DNA of 64,000 nt from contig OY970373.1 of NCBI GenBank assembly GCA_963718645.1, positions 5,802,452 to 5,866,451 on the forward strand, written 5' to 3'. Below are positions 47,839 through 56,087 of this stretch, in pieces. Under the pieces are notes generated by a model, which saw only the letters and a program-made list of their open reading frames with translations, was not told the origin of the DNA and ran no database searches. Position numbers and translations under genes: made by a program. The stretch comes from an uncultured Acidobacteriota bacterium. GTDB lineage: Bacteria > Acidobacteriota > Thermoanaerobaculia > Multivoradales > UBA5704. How positions within the stretch are numbered: the stretch's first letter is position 1; each line of letters opens with the position of its first letter.

Positions 47839-48418
47839 CGGCGGTTCTCTCTTTTCGGCGCCCGGAATACGCCAAAGGGGAAGCCGCAGCAAGACGCCTC
47901 CGGTCTTCTATTTTCCGTCGGTCGGCCTTGCCGCTGCAGCTTTTGGCCTTGGCTCACGCGGGGTGTTCCATCAGCGGAACGCGCCATTGTGGTCGCAGCC
48001 CAGGTTTTTCGGCATCCCACATTTTGAGATCAGGCAGAGCACTGGAGCGGCGGCTGATCACCATCATCAGGGCTCGGCGAGATTAGGAGCAGACTGCCTC
48101 CCTCGGGGCGCTCCAAGCGCTCTTCCAAGGAGTGAATGACCTCCTCCCTCATAAGGCTTTCGCCGGTCTCAGCAGACGCGTGCCGAGCCAGTTTCTCCGC
48201 CCTGTCGTTCTTGATGCTTAGGACCAGTGCCCGCCTTATGGTGGACCTCCACGTAGCCCATCAACGTGCGGACCATAGTCGACATATGCGCACACTTCTA
48301 CATGATTGTATTGATTACGCTCTTCTAATATCCTCTTGAGGCATCTCACCGAGCCTCCTCAGAGAAGGCGGCGAAGGATCTCAACCGTTTCGAGTAATCA
48401 AGCAACGGAGGTGGCTAG

Positions 48419-49762
48419 ATGCTTGCCCAGATCCCTGCCCGGCTTGAACGGCTGCCTATTACATGGATGCATTACAGGCTACTCCTGGTGCATGGCTTCG
48501 GTTGGCTCTTCGATGCGATGGACGTGGGTATTATCACCTTCGTACTGGCGCCTCTGGCAAAGGACTGGAAATTGGCACCAACCGAAGTTGGACTAATTGG
48601 CAGTGCCAGTCTTGCAGGAATGTTTGTAGGTGCCCTCGTCTCAGGCATACTGGCGGACCGTTGGGGGCGCAAGACCGTGTTCCAAATTACTCTGCTAGTG
48701 TTCGCTCTTGGTACCGCGCTGTGTGCCGTAGCTTGGAATGTGGGCGCGATGTTGGTCTTTAGATTCATTGCCGGCCTGGGATTGGGTGGCGAGCTGCCAG
48801 TGGTTTCGTCCCTGATGGTGGAATTCATTCCTAGCGCCCATCGGGGCCGTTTCATTGTCGTGCTCGAAAGCTTTTGGGCCTATGGATGGTTTCTTGCTGC
48901 GCTGATCGCGTTTCTGCTCATCCCTAGCCATGGATGGAGGCTCGCCTTCCTGGTAGGCGCAGTTCCCGCGGTGTTTGTTTGGGTCATTCGGCAGAAGCTA
49001 CCGGAGTCGCCGAGGTGGCTTGAGAGTAAGGGACGAGTTGAGGAAGCGGGAGCAATCGTTTCAGCGATGGAGCTTGAGACAGAGCGAAGGATTCATAGGC
49101 GCCTAGCTCCGATGACTGAAACGAGCGAGTTGAAGACCGAATCCCTCCGAAGTGCCAGCTTCGCCGATCTCTGGAAGCCAGCGTATCTTCAAAGAACGGT
49201 TATGCTTTGGATTCTGTGGTTCTGTCTAGTTTTCGGGTACTACGGGATTTTCATCTGGTTGCCGTCTTTGCTAGTGAAAGCCGGCTATTCGATGGTAAAC
49301 TCGTTCCTGTACGTTATGTTGATAACTCTTGCGCAGATCCCGGGCTATTTCAGCGCCGCCGTCTTGGTAGACCGCCTGGGCCGTAGGCCGGTCATTTCAG
49401 CGTATCTTGCAATGTCGGCGACATGTGCATTTCTCTTCGGCCAAGCGACAACAACACCTGGCATCCTGCTTTGGGCATCGCTAATGTCATTTTTCAACCT
49501 GGGAGCGTGGGGAGGCGTGTATACTTACACACCCGAACTCTATCCAACACATGTAAGAGCGACTGGAGCTGGGTCTGCGGCAGCATTTGGGCGCTTTGGA
49601 GGAGTGCTTGCACCGCTGACCGTAGGTTGGCTTTTGCCCCACATCGGGCAAGGGGGCGTTTTGAGCCTGAATGCATTAATGCTGCTGCTGGCTGCAACTT
49701 CTATCGCCGTTCTTGGAAAAGAGACACGGGGCAAAACCCTTGAGGAAATCGCGCATGATTAA
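48419..49762 (+). CDS. MFS transporter
   Basis: 12 TM. GRKTVF / RWGRK MFS loop motifs. Confidence 0.8.
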   Translation: MLAQIPARLERLPITWMHYRLLLVHGFGWLFDAMDVGIITFVLAPLAKDWKLAPTEVGLIGSASLAGMFVGALVSGILADRWGRKTVFQITLLVFALGTALCAVAWNVGAMLVFRFIAGLGLGGELPVVSSLMVEFIPSAHRGRFIVVLESFWAYGWFLAALIAFLLIPSHGWRLAFLVGAVPAVFVWVIRQKLPESPRWLESKGRVEEAGAIVSAMELETERRIHRRLAPMTETSELKTESLRSASFADLWKPAYLQRTVMLWILWFCLVFGYYGIFIWLPSLLVKAGYSMVNSFLYVMLITLAQIPGYFSAAVLVDRLGRRPVISAYLAMSATCAFLFGQATTTPGILLWASLMSFFNLGAWGGVYTYTPELYPTHVRATGAGSAAAFGRFGGVLAPLTVGWLLPHIGQGGVLSLNALMLLLAATSIAVLGKETRGKTLEEIAHD

Positions 49763-49811
49763 GGCCGACCCAGAGGAGAAACAGGCTGCTTCCCCCGAGC
49801 GACAGGGATTC

Positions 49812-51002
49812 ATGAGCAAGTTGAGGAAGCACGCCGACATTCACATCCACATTCCATTAATAGGTGTAAGCGTACATGTGAAAACATGGCCAGCGTTGTG
49901 TGTGGTTCTGGTGCTAGTGCTTTCTACAATTTTGATTCCGACTTACCTTCAGTATTCTGCCAAGCATGTCTCAAAACTCCCGGCGGTGGCTGTCTTCTTG
50001 CCAGACTGGACACGTCCATTGGACCATCCTTTCTATCAGGATGGCTTTGTCCAGAAACGTGGCTTTGACCAAGCACAAAGAGAATGTGAAGGAAACGGTG
50101 CTCCTCGCGTCGAATATGTCCAGATGAAACTGGAGGCGACTCCGGGAGAGCTTCTGACGGAGATGAAATCTCATTATTCCGAAGGAGCAGTTTTTTTTGT
50201 GATGACAATGAGCTCAAAGATCAAGCCCCTTCTGCCAGGTTTTAGGGCTTGGCGGAACGAGGTCCTTAAGGAAGGAGGCCGGCCGCCAGTACTCGTTGCC
50301 ACGGTCGCAAGCGCTCCAGACCTCGCAGATGCCAATAACGGTGTGGTGAGATGGTACATTAGGTCTGAGGAAGAGAGCGAACTCGTTGCGGAATTTCTTC
50401 GCTGGAGGCGTGCCGTTGGACACGCCGCAGTTTTTTACATCACACGGACGCCAGGCGTGTCAGACGACTCTTACGGGCAGCGTGGGATGGAGGTATTTCG
50501 TGAGCGGTTCCTTGCGCTTGGTGGTGAGGTTGAGACGCACGGTGTGACTGCGGATACTGCCGCTGACGAAGTCAAGAACTTTGTTAAAAATGGACCTCAG
50601 CCTGCGGCCGCCGGCGTATTCGTTGTCGGGTACGGGAAGATGGTCAGTGCTACGCTAAATGCTCTGATAGCTGCAGGTTTTTCTGGTTCCATCGCGTCTA
50701 CTTCCACTCTTACTGAACGCGATTGGCAGCCAACAGATCAAGGCGCTGACGATCGAATTTTTACTGTGTTACCGCGCCTTGAAAAGGCCTCGCTAGAGGG
50801 CGATGACCGCAACGTGGTATTCTATTTTGCCAGGATTACCCTTAGACGAGTACTGCAAATGACGGTGACCGATAGGGACCCAGCGAAATTCGTCACGCGG
50901 TGGACTTCCGGCCAAGACGCTTCTCAGCTAAGTGAAGAATATCTCGCCAATGGAGACACGCTTGTGCGTGTCGAGGTCGTTGGGAAGGAGCGTTGGCGGT
51001 GA
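49812..51002 (+). CDS. Periplasmic-binding-protein-like protein (type I PBP fold, LivK-like), membrane anchored
   Basis: N-terminal TM then ~370-aa domain with alternating beta-alpha pattern of ligand-binding receptor family proteins. Start uncertain (49755 or 49812). Confidence 0.45.
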   Translation: MSKLRKHADIHIHIPLIGVSVHVKTWPALCVVLVLVLSTILIPTYLQYSAKHVSKLPAVAVFLPDWTRPLDHPFYQDGFVQKRGFDQAQRECEGNGAPRVEYVQMKLEATPGELLTEMKSHYSEGAVFFVMTMSSKIKPLLPGFRAWRNEVLKEGGRPPVLVATVASAPDLADANNGVVRWYIRSEEESELVAEFLRWRRAVGHAAVFYITRTPGVSDDSYGQRGMEVFRERFLALGGEVETHGVTADTAADEVKNFVKNGPQPAAAGVFVVGYGKMVSATLNALIAAGFSGSIASTSTLTERDWQPTDQGADDRIFTVLPRLEKASLEGDDRNVVFYFARITLRRVLQMTVTDRDPAKFVTRWTSGQDASQLSEEYLANGDTLVRVEVVGKERWR

Positions 51003-51562
51003 CAGAGGCCGTGATAGTCGTCGATGTACAAAGAGACTTCTGTAAAGGCGGAACTCTTGAGGCGACCGACACGCTCTCGCTGTTGGAGCCTCTGAAATCA
51101 TACATTGTGAAGGCTCGCAAGAGAGACTGTACGATTGTGTTTACGCAGGACTGGCATCCGGTGGATCACAGATCATTCGAAGCGAATGGGGGACCATGGC
51201 CAGTGCATTGCGTTGCCGGTACACTTGGGGCAGAACTGATGCCAGCACTTGAAGCGCGGGAAGATGACATAGTTGTACGTAAGGGAACGGATCGTAATGC
51301 GCCGGGCTATTCTGCGTTCGAAGCTCCAGAATTGGTGAGAGAGCTTCGTAGAAGAGGCGTCAAATCTCTCGCGGTTTGTGGAATTGCGACTGAGTACTGC
51401 GTTCGTGCGACCGCGTTGGACGGTGCTAAGGCAGGATTCGGCGTTGTTGTTTTAGTGGACTTAGTGCGGCCAGTGGCACCTCGCGCAGGTTACGAAGCTC
51501 TTCATGAGTTGGCTCAGGCGGGAATAGCCTTGAAGCGATCTGATGAGCGCGCGTCGGCCTAG
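50993..51562 (+). CDS. pncA: Nicotinamidase/pyrazinamidase (isochorismatase family)
   Basis: VDVQRDFCKGGTL, QDWHP, catalytic Cys in AVCGIATEYCV. Classic PncA motifs. Confidence 0.8.
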   Translation: MAVTEAVIVVDVQRDFCKGGTLEATDTLSLLEPLKSYIVKARKRDCTIVFTQDWHPVDHRSFEANGGPWPVHCVAGTLGAELMPALEAREDDIVVRKGTDRNAPGYSAFEAPELVRELRRRGVKSLAVCGIATEYCVRATALDGAKAGFGVVVLVDLVRPVAPRAGYEALHELAQAGIALKRSDERASA

Positions 51563-51705
51563 ATTGAGATGATCTTTTGCGCCGTTGGGATTTAGTTTAT
51601 AGATATTTTTGAACGGCGACAACACAAAGAAGGCGAAGAAGGACAACCGTGCTTCAGAAATTTCCGCTTTTGATCTGAATGTCACTCTCGATCGAGGTCA
51701 TAGAT

Positions 51706-52107
51706 ATGCGAGAGCCAGCATTACATGCAACGGCTTCTGCGAAGCTGGTGGTTCGCAACGACGATTTGGCCAGCGCTTTGCAAATGGAGCCGAGTGATGA
51801 ATTCCCGGCCGTGTTCGCCACATCACGCATGATAGCCTTGATGGAGGTTGCAGCTGCCCGCCTACTCCGCTCTTACCTAGAGCTGGGTGAGTTATCAGTC
51901 GGCGTTTCCGTTGACGTTGTACATTCCTTGCCCACACCACCTGGGCATACCGTTACGGCTACGGCCGAGTTTTTAGGGCGTGAAGGAAAGTTTCTTGCCT
52001 TTGGTGTTGTTGCCTACGACGAGGCGGGTGAGATTGGACGAGGAACTCACAGGCGAGCTATCGTTTCATATTCCAGGCTACTTGCGGGTGCCGCGAGACG
52101 ATTCTAA
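51706..52107 (+). CDS. Hotdog-fold thioesterase (FlK-like)
   Basis: FATSRMIALMEVAAARLL...TVTATAEFLGREGKFLAFGVVAYDEAGEIGRGTHRRAIV resembles the fluoroacetyl-CoA-thioesterase-like hotdog family. Confidence 0.6.
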   Translation: MREPALHATASAKLVVRNDDLASALQMEPSDEFPAVFATSRMIALMEVAAARLLRSYLELGELSVGVSVDVVHSLPTPPGHTVTATAEFLGREGKFLAFGVVAYDEAGEIGRGTHRRAIVSYSRLLAGAARRF

Positions 52108-52672
52108 GGTGCAGATCAGGGCTGATGACATAAAATGAAGCAACTGCACATTGAATCGAAGTAGATCCGAAGCCGAAGACAACTAAACAGCCAGGCAGAG
52201 TAGACGACTGATGGCTCCTGTGTTCGAGGCGCTCATCTCATGTAGAGAGCTACCAGTTCTAGCGGCGACTCATCGACAACAAGGTTTCAGTGAGATCGGG
52301 AGCGGGCCTCCACCCTTTGAGGCGCTCCAAGCGCTCTTCCTAGGAGTGAATGACAGCCTTGGTGAGGCTCTCGCCGGTCTCGGCAGACACCTGCCGAGCG
52401 AGCTTCTCCGCCATGTCGTTCTTGATCCTGATAGCCATAGAGAGGATCTCCTGCGTCTAGAAACTCCAATGAATCCTAGATTTTTCCGGCCCGGGTGGCA
52501 AACCGGGCAAGGGTGGGTCCTACCGATACTTCCTCATCTTCCGGTACCCTCGGCCTCCAGCGGTGCCGAGGCTGCGACCACTACCCCGGTGAGGTAACGG
52601 GTGATGACTCCTTGGAGGCCATGCGCTCGCAACCCTCTTCTCTCAAGGCGCCGACGATGGCATCGAACCCGC

Positions 52673-53014
52673 TCAGGCTGCCTGAAGCACAAAGTTGACG
52701 CGGACCGCCTCAAACGGGAACACGATCCGGCCTTCGTCCGTCTTCCGCAGGATCCCAACGTCGAGCAACGCATGAGCATCTCCATGCACAGCCTTGACGT
52801 CTCGGCCGACCCTGCGAGCCAGCTCGCGCAAGGTCAAAGGGCCTGCGCCCGCCATCACCGACAGCAGCTCCCAGCGTTTCTGCGTCAGCACTTTGAACAG
52901 CAGCGCCGGCGTCTCGAAGCTGATGAGCTCGCCTTGGGGCTCCCCCTCGAACGCTTGCAGGAAACGGTGATTGGCCTCCTCGCGGGATGAGACTTCCAGG
53001 GTCACTGCATGCAT
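52673..53014 (-). CDS. wHTH DNA-binding protein (putative TA antitoxin/transcriptional regulator)
   Basis: Start at MHAVTLEV. C-terminal LLSVMAGAGPLTLRELARRVGRDVKAVHGDAHALLDVGIL winged-helix. Confidence 0.5.
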   Translation of the reverse strand: MHAVTLEVSSREEANHRFLQAFEGEPQGELISFETPALLFKVLTQKRWELLSVMAGAGPLTLRELARRVGRDVKAVHGDAHALLDVGILRKTDEGRIVFPFEAVRVNFVLQAA

Positions 53015-53203
53015 TTCAGGATCTCCAGTGGTCCACGTCGTTCCAGAAATCGGCAAGCAATCGCGCCGGCGTAGTGAAAACGTAAGGAGATTCCTCCTCA
53101 CCGACGTGCTTGTGATCCCCCTTGCCCGCCTCATTGTCGTAGCGCAGAACGCACACGCCATATAAATCATACTTGCTGCTTCATCAATCCAGAAGTGGCA
53201 CGT

Positions 53204-53302
53204 TATGTGTAGGGGCGGCCCTATGTGGCCGCCCTGGGAGGGGGAGATTCTCGACCGGACCGGCCTCCCACCCAGGGCGGCCACATAGGGCCGCCCCTAC
53301 AA
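53204..53302. repeat. Near-perfect 33-bp inverted repeat (GTAGGGGCGGCCCTATGTGGCCGCCCTGGGAGG ... CCTCCCACCCAGGGCGGCCACATAGGGCCGCCCCTAC) with a 25-bp spacer
   Basis: Read directly. Arms are reverse complements except for a 3-nt insertion. Confidence 0.85.
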
Positions 53303-53702
53303 AATCCCACATTTCTAGGATGACGGTGAACTTAGGTCGCAGCAGCGGAGCTTGGGGGCGCAGGTTCGCCCACCTATGTCTGAGAGGCTCAGGACTCCGG
53401 AGTCCTCGCCGCCCAAGCCGATCGGGGTAGAGTTCCACTCGCAGAGGCTCGCTCCGAGTCCTGCCTACAAAAGGGAGAGAAGGCATCATGAAGAAAAAGC
53501 CCGGGCCGCTCAGCTTGAACCGCGAGACCGTGCGCTGCCTTTCGTCGGCCACACTGTGGGGAATCGCCGGCGCAGCCGCCGAGACCGGCTCCAACCCTCA
53601 CAGTGTGTGCGTCACCTGTTCCTGTGTGGGTTGCATCACCCCACCGGCATAGTTCGAGGGTTTCGGCTCAAGCGGCGATCAGGGCGAGGTCCTGCCCCGC
53701 TA

Positions 53703-54278
53703 CTACCGATACCGCTTCATCTTCCGATACCCCTCGGCCTCCAGGGGCGCCGAATCACCGACCATTTCGACCTCGGTGAGGTAGCGGGTGATGAAGCCCT
53801 GGAGGCTCATGCGTTCGATCTGCGCGACGTGGACCATCTCGTGGGCGAGGATCGAGCGATCCTTCTGGTACTTCGGCTTGAGGAAGATGACGGTGCCCAT
53901 CGTCCGTCCCCCTTCGTTGCGGCTGCCGAGGCCGTAGGAGGTCAGGAGAGCGCGCAGCGCCGGGTCGTCGGGGAGAGGGAACGCCTTCGCCACGACGACC
54001 CGGATCCGTTCCGGCTCCTTGACGCCGATCTCGGTCGCCATCTGGACCTCCGGTGGAGTCAGGGAGCGGCCGGCGGTCTCGAAGTCCTTCTCGACGCTCT
54101 CGATCCAGGCGACGGTCGGCGGGCTGAACCGCGCGACTTTCTGGACGACTTGCGGCGGTGGATCGTCCAGCGCCGCCAACTGCTGCGTGGTCAGGGGCGG
54201 CCGGGCCGCGCAACCGGCGGCGAGGAGCAGGAGCAGGACGATCCGCCCGCGGCGAACGTTTATCGGCGACCTCATGGC
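53703..54278 (-). CDS. Lipoprotein with HExxH zinc-metallopeptidase motif
   Basis: Start MRSPINV..., lipobox LLAAGCA, ILAHEMVHVAQ. Its last ~125 bp are duplicated at 52500-52625. Confidence 0.55.
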   Translation of the reverse strand, partial: AMRSPINVRRGRIVLLLLLAAGCAARPPLTTQQLAALDDPPPQVVQKVARFSPPTVAWIESVEKDFETAGRSLTPPEVQMATEIGVKEPERIRVVVAKAFPLPDDPALRALLTSYGLGSRNEGGRTMGTVIFLKPKYQKDRSILAHEMVHVAQIERMSLQGFITRYLTEVEMVGDSAPLEAEGYRKMKRYR

Positions 54279-54392
54279 GGCGATTCTATGTCTCCGCGGC
54301 GGCCCGTGTCCCCTGTCGGCCTGTAAATGCGTGCTCTCGGATGCGATGCGAGGCGGCATGACGCCCCTCGCTGATCAGAAGGAGAGGACGAC

Positions 54393-55415
54393 ATGGTTAC
54401 TTTCGCGCAAAAGACCACGATCGCAGCCGTCGCGAGACCCGGGGAACAGATCGACATTTTCGGGGTCGAGACCGACGGCGGTGTGTACACGGCAGCGAGG
54501 CGAAAGGCGGCTTGGCACAATTGGGGGCGCATCGGCATCGGTGAGTTTGCCCAGAACACCGCCGTCGCCGCGGTGAGCAAGGACCCCAGCCAGATCGATG
54601 TCTTCGCGGTGGGGAAGGATGGCGGAGTCTATACGGCCTGGTGGAATTCGAAGGAAGGCTGGGATGGCTGGGGTCGGGTTTCGGCCGGCGAATTTACGCA
54701 GCACACTCCGATTGCCGCGGTGAGCAAGAGCCCGGGCCAGATCGATCTCTTCGGGGTCGGGAAGGATGGCGGAGCCTACACCGCCTGGTGGAATCCGGGG
54801 GACGGCTGGGGCGGCTGGGAACGAGTTTCCTCCGGACTATTTCTGCAGCAGACTCCGATTGCCGCGGTGAGCAAGAGATCCGGCCAGATCGACCTCTTCG
54901 CGGTCGGGGAGGATGGCGGAGTCTACACCGCCTGGTGGAACGCGAACGAGGGCTGGGGCGGTTGGAGCCGTGTCGGCAATCGCCTCTTCCCGCAGTGGAC
55001 CCCCATCGCCGCGGTTTCCAAGAACCTCGGCGAGATCCACCTCTTTGCCGTGGGCGAAGATGGTGGAGCGTACATGGCGTGGTGGAACGAGGTTGAGGGC
55101 TGGAACGACTGGAGCCGGGTTGCCATCGGCAGCTTCACGCCGAACACTCCGATCACCGCTTTGAGCAAGAACCCCGGCCAGATCGACCTCTTCGCCGTGG
55201 GTCTGGGTGGCGGTGTGTGGACCGCTTGGTGGAATACCGACGATGGCTGGGATGGCTGGAACGAAGTCAGCAAAAGCCTTTTCGCGCAGCACACCCCGAT
55301 CACCGCGGCAAGCAGGGGCTCGGACGAGATCAACCTGTTCGGCGTCGGCGGCGATGGCCACGTTTATACCGCTGTACGGGATGGAAACTGGAGCCCCTGG
55401 GCCCTCGTTCCATAA
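54393..55415 (+). CDS. Seven-repeat beta-propeller protein (PLL/tectonin-like Trp-rich lectin-type repeats)
   Basis: Seven ~47-aa repeats of consensus TPIAAVSKxPGQIDLFAVGxDGGVYTAWWNxxxGWxGWxRV. Confidence 0.6.
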   Translation: MVTFAQKTTIAAVARPGEQIDIFGVETDGGVYTAARRKAAWHNWGRIGIGEFAQNTAVAAVSKDPSQIDVFAVGKDGGVYTAWWNSKEGWDGWGRVSAGEFTQHTPIAAVSKSPGQIDLFGVGKDGGAYTAWWNPGDGWGGWERVSSGLFLQQTPIAAVSKRSGQIDLFAVGEDGGVYTAWWNANEGWGGWSRVGNRLFPQWTPIAAVSKNLGEIHLFAVGEDGGAYMAWWNEVEGWNDWSRVAIGSFTPNTPITALSKNPGQIDLFAVGLGGGVWTAWWNTDDGWDGWNEVSKSLFAQHTPITAASRGSDEINLFGVGGDGHVYTAVRDGNWSPWALVP

Positions 55416-55466
55416 CCTTTTCGTCGACGAGCCGTTCCGGAGTCGCGCCCCCGGTCCCCGGGGGCG

Positions 55467-56087
55467 TTGGCTCTGGCGTCGAAGAGCCGGGGCGGCGTAG
55501 AATCCTTGCAAGTGACGGAAATCCCCGGCGACATCACCCAACTCCTGTCGGAGGCGCGGGACGGCGATCGGGACGCGGCCGACCGTCTGTTCTCGATGGT
55601 CTATCGCGAGCTCCATCGGATCGCCCACCTGCAACTCGGGAGCGGCGGCGACAGTCTGCGCACGACCGATCTCGTGCATGAGACGTATCTCAAGATGGCG
55701 CAGGGTCAGGCGGCGACGCCGCGCGACCGCGGTCACTTTTTCGCCGTCGCGGCGCGCGCGATGCGTCAGATCCTGGTCGACCACGCGCGGCGCCGGCAGG
55801 CGGGGAAGCGGGGCGCCGGCCTCAGGCCTGATCTACTGGACGACGAACGCATGGGCACCGATACGCATCTCGAAGAGATCCTCGCCGTGGACGCCGCCCT
55901 GGGCCGCCTGGAGGCGCTCGATCCCCGCCTCGCGCGCCTGGTGGAACTGCGTTTCTACGCCGGGCTCTCGGTCGAGGAGACCGCCGCGACCCTGGCGGTG
56001 TCCGACCGCACGGTGAAGCGCGACTGGCGCAAGGCGCGCGCCTTCCTCTACCGCGAGCTGGCGGAGGCCAGCGCTCTCATGGGGTGA
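55467..56087 (+). CDS. ECF-type RNA polymerase sigma factor (kinase-associated ECF subgroup)
   Basis: Sigma-70 region 2 (LVHETYLKM) and region 4 (LSVEETAATLAVSDRTVKRDW). Overlaps the downstream Ser/Thr kinase by 4 nt. Confidence 0.8.
   Translation: MALASKSRGGVESLQVTEIPGDITQLLSEARDGDRDAADRLFSMVYRELHRIAHLQLGSGGDSLRTTDLVHETYLKMAQGQAATPRDRGHFFAVAARAMRQILVDHARRRQAGKRGAGLRPDLLDDERMGTDTHLEEILAVDAALGRLEALDPRLARLVELRFYAGLSVEETAATLAVSDRTVKRDWRKARAFLYRELAEASALMG

Noticed and set aside
52211-52597. 128-aa + ORF
   Set aside because: It runs antisense across the degenerate antitoxin copy and the duplicated gene-end fragment. Likely non-coding.
54641-55333. ORFs in alternative frames/strand across the 7-repeat gene
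   Set aside because: The periodic DNA repeats create parallel ORFs. Only the 54393 frame yields a regular Trp-rich repeat protein.
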